Source: Eledone cirrhosa (Eukaryota). From it: 64,000 nucleotides of DNA. The stretch covers positions 16,988,001 through 17,052,000 of the forward strand of contig OZ024756.1 in NCBI GenBank assembly GCA_964016885.1, given 5' to 3'. The notes beneath the pieces were generated by a model. That model saw only the letters and a list, made by a program, of their open reading frames with translations. It had not been told where the DNA came from and did no database searches. Positions 12,619 to 26,618 of the stretch are shown in pieces (the stretch's first letter is position 1; each line of letters begins with the position of its first letter). The translations under genes and the position numbers were made by a program.

Positions 12619-12670
12619 CCCGTCTAACTTTTAACTATATATATATATATATTGTTCCCGTCTAACTTTT
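12371..12670. repeat. Array of attgttcccgtctaact(tttaact) units separated by variable (TA)n
   Basis: Six copies of the core seen directly. Confidence 0.85.
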
Positions 12671-13092
12671 ATATATATATTTACACACACTAACACACAA
12701 CAATTTCCGGGCCTCGAGTCCACATCTACAATGTAGTAAACATTACTCTACTTATGTATTAAGTTCTGTTTCTTTCGTCAAGACACGTTACCGTCTATAT
12801 CAAGCGTTAAACTAATATATATATATTAGTTTTGTTATTAATTCTGGCAATATTAGACAAATATGACCCTCCCAAGTATAAGAATATATATATATATATA
12901 TATATAATTGTTTCTACGTTAGGCACAAGGCCAGCAATTACCCAGTGCATTACTGGTACTTTATTTTATCGACCCCGTAAGGATGAAAGGCAAAGTTAAC
13001 CTCGCCGGGATTTGAACTCAGAATGGCAAGGGCCGTAACTCTATACGTCAAAGCATGGCGTCCGACCCTCTCCCAATACTGCCAATTCACCG

Positions 13093-13144
<52 letters not shown>

Positions 13145-14047
13145 CTTTGCTGATAATTTCTTTATATATATATATATATATATATATATGACTTTGCTGA
13201 TAATTTCTTTATATATATATATATAATGACATGTATATATGACTTTATATATATATATATAATGACATGTATATATGACTTTGCTGATAATTTCTTTCGA
13301 ATGAATCAGTTCTAGTCCTGTAGAAGTAATTTCTATAATAAAATGAATATATATATATACACACACACAACACACTTACATCTGAAGCCAAGAGGCTCGT
13401 TAGGCCAGTGCTTATCACGGTTTCGGGTTCCGTGGCGTGAACCGACTGAGAGTACATGATTTCTCCCTGGACAGGATGCCAGTCTATCGCAGGGTTAACC
13501 GCAATCTTAGCTACCGAACGCAATATAGGCACGCTGAGGATTAAGGAACCCTCTTAATCAAGCAATTAAAACCTAGGATCAATAATTCTATGGAAAGATG
13601 TGCACCTCAATGGCTAATTTAAAAGCCTTTATTCCAACTCCCCAGCGGCCAGTTTCATTCTTTCTTTCCAATTAAATCTATGTCTTCACTAGCCAAACAC
13701 ACTTAAACTCACACACACATTCATATATTGCACACATATTTTCCCCGTTTTATTTTATGCATATTCGCTATATAAACTTACATTCACACACACACATGCA
13801 TATGTCATACGTTTCACAACGTGGACGTTCAAAATTTTAACGTCTTTTCATTTCATTTAACTTTAATCTGTTCCCCAAACAAGCAAGTCAACTCCGATCG
13901 ATCTTTTAAGTCTCTCATAGGGTCACTAACTCGATAAGGGGTTTTTAAACCCGAAAATATTTGGGATTCTTTTGTTATCTTATCAATCTTGATTTTCTTT
14001 CTAATGCATTGTATAGTTTTCAAAATGATTTAAATTTGTGTTTTATA

Positions 14048-14108
<61 letters not shown>

Positions 14109-14529
14109 TGACACACACATATATATATGCAATGTGTGTGTGTCAAGACACCATAACAATATATGTATACAAGATTACTAGTCCGACTAAATACACACGA
14201 ACTACTGTATACACTGTGCTGTATTCACTGTTTGTTTTATTGCCAGCTAGAAACAATTGTCCTAGTTATTTATTTAAGAAATTTCAACAAAATAATCCCA
14301 CCTATATTACATAGTCCACCCCAGAGCAGTTTAGTGACTAAAACAATGTTTCAGGAGTTGACTATCAGATCGGACCAAAGAAACAATGTCCACATTCGTC
14401 TTTATACTACTGATACTATCTAACCTTCTCAAACAGTGGCAGAAGAATTTTAAAAAAAGCTGATTGTTAGATCGGATTAAGGAAACAATGTTTCCGTTGC
14501 TGATACAGTCTATTGGATGAAACTCCTGG

Positions 14530-14772
14530 TAGAAGTCGTTCCTGAAGGCCGTTCGTCACCCGAAATGTTCGTAAACGAAAACTATTTTCCTTATACGAAA
14601 TGTTGAGAGAGGGAGAGACTGTAATGCTTTCCCGCCGGTACTCCCAGCTTTTCGGTAACCGTTGTAGCCGGCTTGCATATTCGTTACCCGAGACGTATTA
14701 TGTTCAGAAAAATTGTTCGTGAGCCGATTTGTTCGTGCTGAGAGGTGACCGTGAATCGAGGTTCCACTATAT
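14530..14772. mobile_element. Tigger/pogo-like non-autonomous DNA element remnant
   Basis: Ends in cgaggttccactata, a Tigger-type TIR end followed by TA, with repeated gttcgt subterminal motifs. Confidence 0.45.
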
Positions 14773-15529
14773 ATATTATAACAAATTATTGGAGGGAATT
14801 AAGCCCCTTAGCACCGGAAGGCTTGTAATGGCAAACTATAACATTTAAGTAAATGAAAATGATGTGAGAAACCTGCTTATTTCGTTATAAACTTTCGCCA
14901 TAATTTTTTTTATTTTAAATCAATAAACAGAAAAGTATATTTGCGAACAATTTGTTGCCTGTTTTTGTTTTATTTTTCTGAATGATTTAGTTGTGATTTT
15001 TTTTCGATATCAATCTGCTCCTTCTCAACAGATTGTATTTAATTTACGCTCACCAATAAATTAGTTCAACAAGGCAGTTAGATATGAGTTCCCAGAAAAT
15101 TTAGAATTTTACGAAAGGCTGCGATCAGACTTACACGTTTTATTTTAGTGTTGGAGATTTCATTTTACTTTAATTCCCTTTCATTGTATTTTGTGAAAAC
15201 CCTCTTTTGCGAAATGCAAAAATACAGCGAATAACTTTGTTGTGAACCTATGTAGCGAACAACTATAATTCACAACCTGAAGTATAAAAAACAACGCTTT
15301 AGATAAATACGACGCTATATTTCACAATTTGAGGTGTTAAGCACCAATGACGTTAAAGTACTCAACTCGCGGTATAAAGTAACTAAAACAACAGCAACAA
15401 GAACAAACAACATTGAATGGACTAAAGTCAGACATAACAACTGACAAGTAATTTGTCTCTGACTGGCAGTTGACCTGTTTTTTAATGTTACACACACACA
15501 TGCACATAAACACATACATAAATATATAC

Positions 15530-15604
15530 ATGGTGTCCAAAAAAATGTACACGCATTTATTAGAATGCTGTTGAAGTGTGTATACATTGTTTGGGGACAC
15601 CCTG
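15530..15604. mobile_element. Tiny Tc1/mariner-type MITE
   Basis: catggtgtccaaaaaaatgtacac ... gtatacattgtttggggacaccctg are imperfect TIRs; a similar small element lies at about 49040-49102. Confidence 0.5.
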
Positions 15605-16445
15605 TGTTATATATTAACGCATACATATACAGATGTCCTTCAGATAGGGGGTGAGAGGAGACAGTGGGAGAAGGCTGGCCTTTTGTTATGTACTAGCTTG
15701 GAATGTTACACACACACACATATATTAGTGAGTGTATGTGTGTCTGTCTGTCTGTCTGTCACTCATCAGCTCAACCCTAGCTGAGTTTCACAACCTCCTC
15801 CTAGCTGGCCTCTTCCCGTAACTTTAGCTGAGAGTCCATTCTGATGAAAACATTCTCTGATCTGAAAATAAAACCTCATACCCACCACCGCCGCCGCCGC
15901 CGCCAACACCATCAACACCACCACCAACACCACCACCCATCAACACTACCAACACCCATCAACACCACCAACACTTCACAGTGTGAGGCCTTGAAAAAAG
16001 GGGTCATTGTTGGGCACAGGCCTACTTCCTCTCACTAAGCTATAAAAGTATCTATTGTGTACACACACATATCAGAATGGGGGCAGGGTAAAAATCCAGT
16101 TCGACCATTACTCACCAGAGTACTGATACTTGGGATAGTAGAGTGGATAATATGAAAAATTCGAGACCCCGATGGCTGGGCTCTGGCTGTTTCAATAGCT
16201 AGATCTGAGTTCGGATCAAGCTGTTGAAACGCCCGGAGCTCAGCCGTCAGGGTCCCAAATTTTTCGTATATATATATATATATATAAAATAAAGTAAAAT
16301 AAAAAGTCAAATGTTTAAAATTTGACATTTGACTTTTTATTTTACTTTATTTTACATTACTCCGGAGTAACCAAACCAACCTGCGCACTTCGTCGAGTGC
16401 TCCAGCCTGCATACTTAGATGTTGGTATACAACCAACATATACTC

Positions 16446-16556
<111 letters not shown>

Positions 16557-16597
16557 AATACTGTTGGCTTCTTGCTACAATACTTTCTATACCTTTC

Positions 16598-16651
<54 letters not shown>

Positions 16652-16781
16652 AGTTGACGGACCCAGCATATTTATCAATGCCAGTACCGGTTGTATCTCA
16701 GCGTACTCCATGGGCAATGTAATATACCTTCCCAGAGTATACACAGTTATTTGCGTCAACACAACACGCGTAAAACGGGTG

Positions 16782-16884
<103 letters not shown>

Positions 16885-17707
16885 GATAACAAAATATCGT
16901 TATAGGTAATCTAGTTAGAGGTTGTGAATACTTCGTATTGTGGATAGTTTTAGTGTACGGCGTTGTTTGACTCAACAAGGGCTTTACGTAGGTGGCGAGT
17001 TTATGAGTTCTCTTGCATTCCTATGTAAGTTTAATTTGGAGTAATAATATTGAAAGAGTGAATAACATGGTCAACAGTACAAAAAAAGGATTTTATTTAA
17101 ACTCAGACTGTAAATAAAACCCTTTTTTGTACTGTTGACCATGATATTCTTCACTCTTTCTATATATATATACAAGTGGAAGCTTAGTAAAATCGAAGCT
17201 TTGGCTGTGGCCAAGCAAAGTCGACCTACAATTAGAAATGGGTAGCAAAGCACTCAATAAGGGTAGGAGGTCCTTAGAGTAACAACATTACGTTTAGATA
17301 GCTTGACAAATTGATAATTGCGGGAGGCAAAACCCAACCATACAATACGAAACCAACGAAAATACTAATCAGGTTAGACATATATATATATATATATATA
17401 TGAAGTTTGTCTTAAGCTAGATGGCTCATTTGGCTGGTGCTTATCCTGGTTTCATGACGTGAAGCGACAGAGTACAAGACTCCCCCCTGGACAGGACACC
17501 AGTCCATTGCAAGGTTAAACCCCCAGCTATTGCTGGTACTCATTTTCAACTGAGTATACTGGAGCAATGTGAAATGAAGTGTTTTGCTTAAGAACACAAC
17601 ACACAACCCAGGAATCAAACCCACGACATTATAACCATAAGTCCAACACCCTTACCACTGTGCCTCCTCACACACATACATATATATATATATACACACA
17701 CACACAA

Positions 17708-17764
<57 letters not shown>

Positions 17765-17765
17765 A

Positions 17766-17814
<49 letters not shown>

Positions 17815-18446
17815 AATACATATATACATATATATGTATACCTTAACATCAGTTTCAGTGGCTGGTTGCAGCCGGTTGGAATAGAAAGAGGTGAGAGAAT
17901 TCTGGCTGGATACGGCCGGTTTAGATGCTAAAGGGTTTTCTGTAGCACCTTTCAGAAAGGTGTAGTAGGGATGACCTGGTCCTCTACCTTGATACATTTA
18001 CTCTGGATTCATGTGAGTCAATTCTGTAGATATCCAGTCTTAGAACTGAGGGGGAAGGCTGATTTGTAGATGCCAAGACCTCAGGTGTTACGCAGTAATA
18101 CAGAAGACCTGACTTTCACGGGTACAAGCCGAAGTTGAAGCATATAGGCAGTACACCCCATCCCCTCCCACTGTAAAGTGGTCGTATAGGTGTCACAACA
18201 AAAAGCACCCAACTCACACTGTCAAGTGGCCATGTAGGCACCACAGTAAAAAAAGCACCCAGGTTGGTGTTAGGAAGGGCATCCAGCTGTAGAAATCAAG
18301 CAAAAATCAGTTCCCCTGCTGGCATTGCCAACAGGACAACCAGTCTAACCCATGCTAGCATGGAAGAATGGACATAAAACAGTGATGATGATGATGATGA
18401 TGATGACTACAAATAAAGAAAATAACAATTATTATTGAAGCTTTGT

Positions 18447-18640
18447 TAAGGGCGGTGGATCGGCAGTATCAGTAGAGGGTCGGCCGCCATACTTTGACAC
18501 ATAGAGTTACGCCCCTTTCCATTCTGAGTTCAAATCCCGCCGAGGTTAACTTTGCCTTTCACCCTTACGGGGTCGATAAAATAAAGTACCAGTAATGCAC
18601 TGAGTATTTTCTGGCCTTGTGCCAAAAGTAGAAACAATTA
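18447..18640 (+). mobile_element. SINE family A, full length with target-site duplication
   Basis: Flanked on both sides by the direct repeat attattgaagctttgt. Confidence 0.88.
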
Positions 18641-19229
18641 TTGAAGCTTTGTCAGGTCAGGCATTCACCTGTTACTAATACCATGTAACCCAATACATCC
18701 TGTTTCATGGTTGAGTGGTCACCGATTAACCCCCTCCCTCTCCCAACCACCACCACCACCAAATCCTGGTCTAGTCAAGTCAGGCTTCAGCCTGCTACTG
18801 GTACCATGTAACCCAGTACAAGGTGCTTTATGGTTGAGTGGTTGAAGACCACACCAGTTCTCCCACAAGACCCTAGTCTGGTCAGATTAGGCTTCTCTCT
18901 GCTTCTGGCACCATATATCCCAGAACAACCTGCTTTGTGGTCAGAGACTAAACTGGCTCCCCAACCAGACCCTGGTCTAATGAGGAGGGTAAGTGGAAAC
19001 CCAGCACCACAAAGACTCCTCAGATCAATATCCCCTCCACCTACTATGGGTTAGTGAAGTGTGGTGAGATCGGTTACACCCCTGACATGACCAAAACCAA
19101 ATAGAAATCAATGGGGGGGGGGGGGGTCATCCAAGGAGGGGTCCCTCCAACAGGAGTGAGAAGGCAATGGATTGGATTGGACTGAAGCCAAGGATAGTAA
19201 TTTAAGATTCAAAGATTATATTCTAACAG

Positions 19230-19451
19230 TTAACCCTTTAGCATTCACATTACTCTATATATACTATTATATTTTCAATGGTTTACCTCGCATAATTATC
19301 TCACATAATATCAAATCTATGATATTTTGAAAGTATTTATTTTGAGAACAATACCTTAACATCAGTATGAGTGGCCAGTTACAGCTAGTTTCAACAGAAA
19401 GAGGTAGAGAATTCTGGCCAGTTGTGGCCGGTTTGAACATTAAAGGGTTAA
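19230..19451. mobile_element. piggyBac-like MITE with TTAA ends
   Basis: TTAA-ccctttagcattca ... tgaacattaaaggg-TTAA. A partial copy lies at about 17840-17938 and an interrupted copy at 63177-63768. Confidence 0.75.
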
Positions 19452-20144
19452 ACTCAAACCCTCAATCAAGAACATGCTAGAACCCAACACACCAAGTGGC
19501 TAACATAAATATAATACACAAGTGTTTGTTTTAAAATGTTTATATTTATTTTAAAACATTCTATTATGCTTTAAAACATTCTATGTAAGGAATTTGGTAT
19601 GTTTCAAGTTCTTGATTATTTTAACAAAATTATTTGAAATTCATAGAGCATCTTTTATTAAAAATACTAGCAGAAAAACCACCCTTCGAGTGGTTTTCTG
19701 CTAGCGTGTGTAGTGTGTATATTGATATTATATGCAAGAATATATACATGTAGATATGATACATCAAATAAAATCGTAATTGACAATATCCACAGAAATT
19801 GAACGAAGACTGTGTTACATTCTCTTATGTAATCAGTAACGTAATCCATGATACATTAAAAAAAGACGATATATATAAACTGCATTAGGAGAAAATTAGT
19901 GACAGAAAATTAATATGGTTATTTAAGTGATAGCCACCGGAAGTGTTAACATTTGAAAATTTTCAAGAAGTGAATCTTTAAATAAATAATAAAATATATT
20001 TAATGAACAGCCACGAAATTTAATAGATAAATTATGTAATATTTATTCATTATTTATTCAAAGTAATCCAACTTATTTTACTAATGGGATAAAAAATTAT
20101 AAACCGTACACAGTCCCGCGCTCCTTACTTCATTATAGTTTAGA

Positions 20145-20922
20145 TGGTAATGAAAGGGTCAATGATATAGACAGTCTTTCATTAGAAATATGGTAATGAA
20201 GGATTTAATGACATAGGCAGTGTCTTTCATTAGAAATATGGTAATGAAAGGGTTAATGATATAGACAGTATCTTTCATTAGACATATGGTAATGAAAGGG
20301 TTAATGCAGAGACTGTCTTTCATTAGAAATATGGTAATGAAGGAGTTAATGACATAGACAGTGTCTTTCATTAGAAATATGGTGATGAAAGGGTTAATGA
20401 TATCAACAGTGTCTTTCATTAGAAATATGGTAATGAAGGATTTAATGACATAGGCAGTGTCTTTCATTAGAAATATGGTGATGAAAGGGTTAATGACATA
20501 GACAGTGTCTTTCATTAGAAATATGGTAATGAAAGGGTTAACGACATAGACAGTGTCTTTCATTAGAAATATAGCAATGGAAGGGTTAATGACATAGACT
20601 GTGTCTTTCATTAGAAATATGGTAATGAAAGGGTTAATGATATCAACAGTGTCTTTCATTAGAAATATGGTAATGAAAGGGTTAACGACATAGACAGTGT
20701 CTTTCATTAGACATATAGCAATGAAAGGGTTAATGACATAGACTGTGTCTTTCATTAGAAATATGGTAATGAAAGGGTTAAAGACATAGACAGTGTCTTT
20801 CATTAGAAATATAGCAATGAAAGGGTTAATGACATAGACAGTGTCTTTCATTAGAAATATAGCAATGAAAGGGTTAATGACATAGACTGTCTTTCATTAG
20901 AAATAAGGCCATGAAAGGTTAA
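20145..20922. repeat. 48-bp minisatellite, about 16 copies
   Basis: Unit gtctttcattagaaatatggtaatgaaagggttaatgacatagacagt. Confidence 0.95.
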
Positions 20923-21054
20923 AAATAAGATGAAACTGAAAACAGTGACAAATGCAAAATATTCTTAATCATGAATAAAGATTAACAAATTAATTGATAA
21001 AGATTCATGTGTGGAGGTGTGAGGTGTAGTGGTTAGAGTGTTGGGCTACATCAT

Positions 21055-21600
21055 CATCATCCTTCAACTCCACTGTGGGCAGTTTGAACTCTCTTGACAA
21101 TCCCTTTCCACACTGTGCAGTCCTGCATTGCTGTCCCCAGATCCTTTATGTCCAACCCTGAGTCCTGAGCTATGGTGTCTGGGAAAGTCAGTTTTTGGGA
21201 ATAGACACATCCAGAGGGGTGCCACAGAAGGAAAGATGTTGGCTCGGTGACAGTGACCAACAAACTGTAGCCTTTTTTGCTTGAGTCTGAGGGATATTGG
21301 AATCAAATCTCCGTAGATGGTTTCAAGTGTTGTGTGTGATCTCCAGCTTATGTTTTTGATTCTTCTGAGCAGATTTGTATATGCTCCATCCAGCCATCTT
21401 TCAAGACGAACAGATAAGGTCCATGTTTCTGATCCATATAGTAGTACTGGTTCAATCAATGTTCAAAAGATTTGGACTTTTAAGGAGGATGATAAATTTG
21501 AGCACCAAGTCTTGTCAAGCCTGTTGCATGCATCCCATGCCAGAGCTTTACGGGTGTTGAAATCTTTTTGAGAGTCTATGACATGAGAGCCAAGGTATTA
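21055..21600 (-). mobile_element. RTE-related LINE 3' fragment (second family)
   Basis: IEPVLLYGSETWTL-LDGAYTNLLRRIKNISW-RLKQKRLQFVGHCHR; (GAT)n tail. Confidence 0.8.
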
Positions 21601-21706
21601 AAGTACCAATCCAGTACTGGAGTTGATTCTTTCTTCCTATATATCTCTTTCTCACTCTAGAAGAATATTTGGCTATGTTCAAACCTGGACAGGAGATGGG
21701 TTTTGT

Positions 21707-21897
21707 TAGGTTTAGAATGACCAATACACACCTATGTCAGGTTTAGAATGACCAATACACACCTATGTCAGGTTTAGAATGACCAATACACACCTATGTC
21801 AGGTTTAGAATGACCAATACACACCTATGTCAGGTTTAGAATGACCAATACACACCTATGTCAGGTTTAAACTGACCAGTACACCCACCTATGTCTG
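21707..21897. repeat. 31-bp tandem repeat, about 6 copies
   Basis: Unit tcaggtttagaatgaccaatacacacctatg. Confidence 0.9.
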
Positions 21898-21993
21898 GTT
21901 CTAAAATAACCTGTGAAACGGGGAACATAAAGATGCTGTCAGTTTAGATCTTATTTAGGGCCCACACCTGTAAAGTTTTACATGGTCCCAATA

Positions 21994-22033
<40 letters not shown>

Positions 22034-22454
22034 TAAATGATGTAGATGTCAATGGATTTTTTTTTTTTGTAAAGAATTTATTATAAATATATATACATAT
22101 ATAAGTCATTAGAACGTTGGATAGAATGTTTTATGATATCCGTTCCAGCTCTCTATTCTCTGAGTTCAAATCCTGCCATGGTCAACTTTGCTTTTCGTCC
22201 TTTCGAGGTTGATAAAAAAAAGTACCAGTCTAGTACTGGGGTCAATTCTTCCTCTAAATCCCTCTTTCTCATTTCCTCTCTCTCTCACTTTCTATCTTTC
22301 TCTGGAAGAAATCTGCTGTACTCAGGTCTGGAGAGGGATGGCCTCCGCCAGGCTTTAAATGCCCGAGAAACGCCGTATGTCACTACGGCTCCCATACAAC
22401 TCTATCAGGAGTTACGAGGCCATAAATACATAAACATATATTGTACAGGGTTAT

Positions 22455-24142
22455 ATCATCATCATTCATCATCATTTTATGTCCGCTTTTCCCTGCTTGC
22501 AAGGTGGGACAAGTCCTCTTCTGCACAGCATCTCTCCATTTGTCACGCTCCCTCGTCATCTCCTCTGTGAACGTCAGCGATCTGAAGTCAGCTCTCACCA
22601 CTCCCGCCCATGTTTTTCGTGGTCTTCCTCTACTGTGTCTTTCTTACACTGGGATTTTTTGGCACTTCTTCACCCAGCGGTCACCTTCCATGTGCATCAC
22701 ATGTCCATACCATCGCAGTCTTCTCTCCCGTACACTACAGTTTATCCCTCTTATACACAGTTTCACTCTCAACTCATCTATGCTTGGTCGTTCACACACA
22801 TTGACATTGCACATCCATCGGAGCATGCTTGCTTCATTTCTCTCATTGCAAATCCTCCAAAGTTGCTGCCCATATCTCACTACCATGCAGCATCGCGCAT
22901 CTCACACAGGCATCATATAACTGGCCTTTTGTTCGTAGGGAGAAACCTTCTTCCATCGTGTCCTTATTCCAGATACTATGGCCTTGGAGAATCCTCCTCC
23001 TTTGCTAATCTGATCACCTAGGTATCGGAAGCTATCAACCACCTCTATAGATCCTACCTGCATTTGAAAAATGTGCATATCACTGACACGTCTACTATCA
23101 AATTTCCCTGAACATCTACTGCATATGAAGTTTTCCCTTCCTGTTAGTTTGCCCGCTATCCCACTACACCTCTTGTGTACCCAAGATCTGCATTGTGTAC
23201 ATTCTATAGAGTTTATGCCAACTCCTTTTCTACATATCGAACATGGCCATTTCCCTGATGGAATCAGAGTTTTGTCTTCTTTCCTACTTATCAACACTTT
23301 AGTCTTTGCTCGGTTCACTCTCAGTCCTCTTGATTCCACCTGTTGCTTCCATAGTCGAAATTCATTCTCTAGCTCCTCTACTGATTCTGCTATAAGAACC
23401 AGATCGTCAGCATAGAAAAGTTCCCATGGGCAGTGAGTCTTAAACTCCTCTGTAATGGCTTGGCAAACTATAATGAATAAGAGTGGGCTGAGGACCAAAC
23501 CCTGATGAACTCCTACTTGTGTCTGGAATTCCTCATTAAACTCCATTCCTACTCTCACTTTACTGATAGCTCCATTACCCTACACCTAGTTTCCTTAGAG
23601 ACCACCAGATGACAGATCGAGGTGCTCTATCAAAGGTCTTCTTTAGGTCAACTCTTATATTTCACTAAGAACCTCTCTTGTAGTTGTCTCACTAAAAAGA
23701 AGGCATCTGTTGTAATTTTCCCAGGCACAAAACCAAACTGCATCTCATCTAATTTGACCCTTTCTCTAATTAGTTGTGCTAGCACTGTCACTTTCATAAC
23801 GTGATCCACCAGTTTTATGCCCTTATAATTGCTCCTCTCCAGAGCATACCCTTTACCTTTGTAGCAATTTATAAGAATACTGCTGCACCAGTCTTAGGTT
23901 ACTCTGCCATATATAACTTGATTGACTATACGTGCAACCAGTTTAGTTCCTACTTCTGATGCCTTCAGCATCTCAGCAACTATCCCTGACAGTCCAACAA
24001 TCTTACCACTTTTCAATTCCTTAATTGCCCCTTTGACCCTATAGTTGTCAATCTCAAAAGCTGGTCCCTCTGTTGGGGGTAGTTTCTCTCTCTCCCATTC
24101 ATTCTCAACATTCATCAGTCTCTCATAATGACTTTTCCAGGC
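22455..24142 (-). mobile_element. Decayed RTE LINE including reverse transcriptase domain
   Basis: GVHQGLVLSPLLF, ELFYADDLVL, GLRVNRAKTKVL, a PHD-like C/H cluster, FRYLGD and RERRLRWYGHVM; frameshifts; (GAT)n tail. Confidence 0.92.
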
Positions 24143-24159
24143 CTGAAAAACAGGGCCTA

Positions 24160-24822
24160 GATCCCCTCAGGGACATGGCTCTGCTCAGTGTGTAAGGGGT
24201 GGGTAGAAATTGCATCCTTTGTCCCAAAAGCAAACTATGGGTATGCAAGAGATGTAGTGGGATCTCAGGTAGGTTAGCTAAGAACGTAGGTTTTAACATG
24301 TGGCCATTGTACAGGAGCAGTAGGCAGCAAATGCTCACAGAAAACAAGTGCTACCAAATTCTTGGAAGGTTCCAAAGAAGCAGTTGACAGCTTGTGTTTC
24401 CATAGTAACCAAATTAGCAGTGAAGGTGGGTGTTCCAAAAGTACAGTGACCAGAGTTAGAATGGGATGGAAAAAGTTCAGAGAGCTACTACCACTACTAG
24501 CTATAAAAGGTTTTTTTCCCCCTCAAAACGAAGGGCAAATTGTATGATGCATGTATACGAACAGCAATGTTGCATGGTAGTAAAACCTGGGCTTCGTGTA
24601 TTGAGGACCTGTGAAAATTGGAAAGAAATGAAGCTTGCATGCTCCAATGGATGTGTAATAGTAATTACATGAATGGCAAAGCATGAATGAACTGAGAGAG
24701 AAACTAGGCGTAAGAGGTATCAGATGCAGTGTGCAGAAGAGATTGCATTGGTATGGACATGTGATGCGTATGAAGGATAACAGCTGTATAAAAAGGTGCA
24801 GAGTGCTCAAAGTTGATGGAAG
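24160..24822 (+). mobile_element. Decayed RTE LINE fragment, opposite orientation to the adjacent copy
   Basis: VTRVRMGWKKFRELLPLLAIKG and downstream WYGHVMRMKD homology to 8980-9515. Confidence 0.85.
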
Positions 24823-25288
24823 CTACTATTAGTTAAGATCTTCATTCCTTAAATATTTTCACTATGTCTTCTATTTCATTCTAGTTAAGGTTGTTTATGG
24901 ATTAACACTAGAACATGTTACATGATATGAGAGATGTGGAAAGGTGAAGGTATATATACATACACATATATATATATTGTAGGCCTCCTTCAGTCACCAA
25001 TGACAATGGTTTTCATACCTGGGCAAAGTATGTTTTGTGAAAGACCAGCAGTCACCCATGCATATCAGTCTCCCCTCCCACACTACTGATGATGTCCAAA
25101 GAAAAGGCAATGACCGATACTGCTTGGCACTAGTAATGTCGTAACTCATTTCTACAGCTAAGTAAACTGGAACAACGTGAAATAAAGTGTCTTGCTCAAG
25201 AACACAATGCACTAACCACTAAACCATGCACCTTCGTGCACACACACACACACACACATATTTATGTTTGTATATATATGTATGTGTA

Positions 25289-25324
<36 letters not shown>

Positions 25325-25759
25325 TTTACATTCATTTAATTTATTAATTTATTGATATTTTATTTGAGTGACCCGAATCTTCCTGGTCGTTTATTTTCGG
25401 CTGCATGGGTGATTTTAGGCATGACCTCTATGTGTTGGTATTTTAACGATAGTTATAGCTCTGATTTTTCCAAATTATTGAGCCCTCTGCCACATATATC
25501 GGATATTGTTTATCGTGATTTCGTGGGCTGAAATTCCGATTCTCGATTATTCTACTATATATATATATATATATATATACTTTGTATTTTAATTTGTTTT
25601 GCAACATTTCTTATCTGAAAACATGTGTTGAAACAGATATTGTTATACTTTGGGAGGGTCATGCTACCAATAAAAACACACGCACATGTTGGTTTCCACT
25701 TCAATTCATTATAAATTTCCGGTTGGTTGGTTCGATAACCGGATGCTTGTTTATATATT

Positions 25760-25802
25760 GTCAAAGCTCTTTCGTCACACATTCTGTGACCTCCTCAGTG
25801 AC
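25760..25802 (-). ncRNA. Type I hammerhead ribozyme motif (family H3)
   Basis: GUCA-CUGAGGA-g-GUCAC agaaugu GUGAC-GAAAG ag CUU^UGAC; stems I and II pair perfectly. Confidence 0.8.
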
Positions 25803-25902
25803 TGGGTCTTTTTATTTTGTGTCTCTCCTTTGTTCTGTCCTACACCAGCTTGCTTTTGTGTGTAGGACAGAACAAAGGAGAGACACAAAATAAAAAGACC
25901 CA

Positions 25903-25945
25903 GTTACTGAGGAGGTCACAGAATGTGTGATGAAAAAGCTTTGAT
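25903..25945 (+). ncRNA. Type I hammerhead motif (H3), inverted partner copy, slightly decayed
   Basis: gtta-CTGAGGA-ggtcac agaatgt gtgat-GAAA aagc TT tgat. Confidence 0.6.
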
Positions 25946-25949
25946 GGAG

Positions 25950-26285
25950 GCACATGGCTTAGTGGTGAGAGCATTGGCCTTGCAATCGAAAGGTTGTGAG
26001 TTCAATTCTCAGACTGGGTGATATGTTGTTTCCTTGAGCAAGACACTTTATTTCACATTGCTCCAGTTTACTCAGCTGTAGAAATGAGATGATAGGGACT
26101 GAGGTCCCTATCATTCCACTGCAAAGTGGTCGTGCAGGTGCCACGGCAAAAAAGCACCCAGCACTCACTGTAAATGAGGTTGGTGTTAGGAAGGGCATCC
26201 AGCTGTAGAAATCAAGCCAGAATCAGTTCCCGTCCCACCCTTGCAAGCAGGGAAAAGCGGACGTAAAATGAAATGAAATGAAATG
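25950..26285 (+). mobile_element. tRNA-derived SINE family B
   Basis: A-box tggcttagtgg and B-box gagttcaattc, then cttgagcaagacactttatttcac and an RTE-like tail; near-identical copies at 57380-57730 (-), 59395-59700 (-) and 60775-61120 (+). Confidence 0.85.
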
Positions 26286-26556
26286 AATATATAAACAAGC
26301 ATCCGGTTATCAAACCAACCAAAACCACAAATTCAAAATAACTTGAAGTGAAAACCAACAGGTTGTGAGTTCAATTCCCACACCAGGTGATGCCTTTATT
26401 TCACGTTGTTCCTTCTACTTGGAGTTGTGACCGATAGATAGTATTAACAATTGGAAAGACCAATGGAAACATTGTTTCCTCAGTTCGATTTATGAAAGTT
26501 GATATATATATATAATGATATTAAATAAATGGAAACTATATTTATAAAACCATATT

Positions 26557-26618
26557 TATTCTATTATATATATTTCAAGGGTACCAAAAATTTTGGTACG
26601 CTATCATCAGATAAAATA
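26557..26618 (-). ncRNA. Type I hammerhead motif (family H2)
   Basis: UAUUUUAU-CUGAUGA-uagc GUACCAA..UUGGUAC ccuu-GAAA uauaua UA^AUAGAAUA. Confidence 0.7.

Noticed and set aside
12371-12670. CRISPR-like repeat-spacer pattern (also 31190-31850)
   Set aside because: Spacers are microsatellites rather than unique sequence, there are no cas genes, and the context is eukaryotic.
15841-15870. CTGATGA...GAAA as a hammerhead (also CTGATGA at 25087, 50236 and 62037)
   Set aside because: No pairing stems I, II or III could be found.
20159-20851. 230-aa hydrophobic repeat ORF
   Set aside because: It is a by-product of a 48-bp tandem repeat with frameshifting units at both ends.
25955-26015. tRNA genes suggested by A-box and B-box motifs
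   Set aside because: They are heads of multi-copy SINEs and lack a full cloverleaf.
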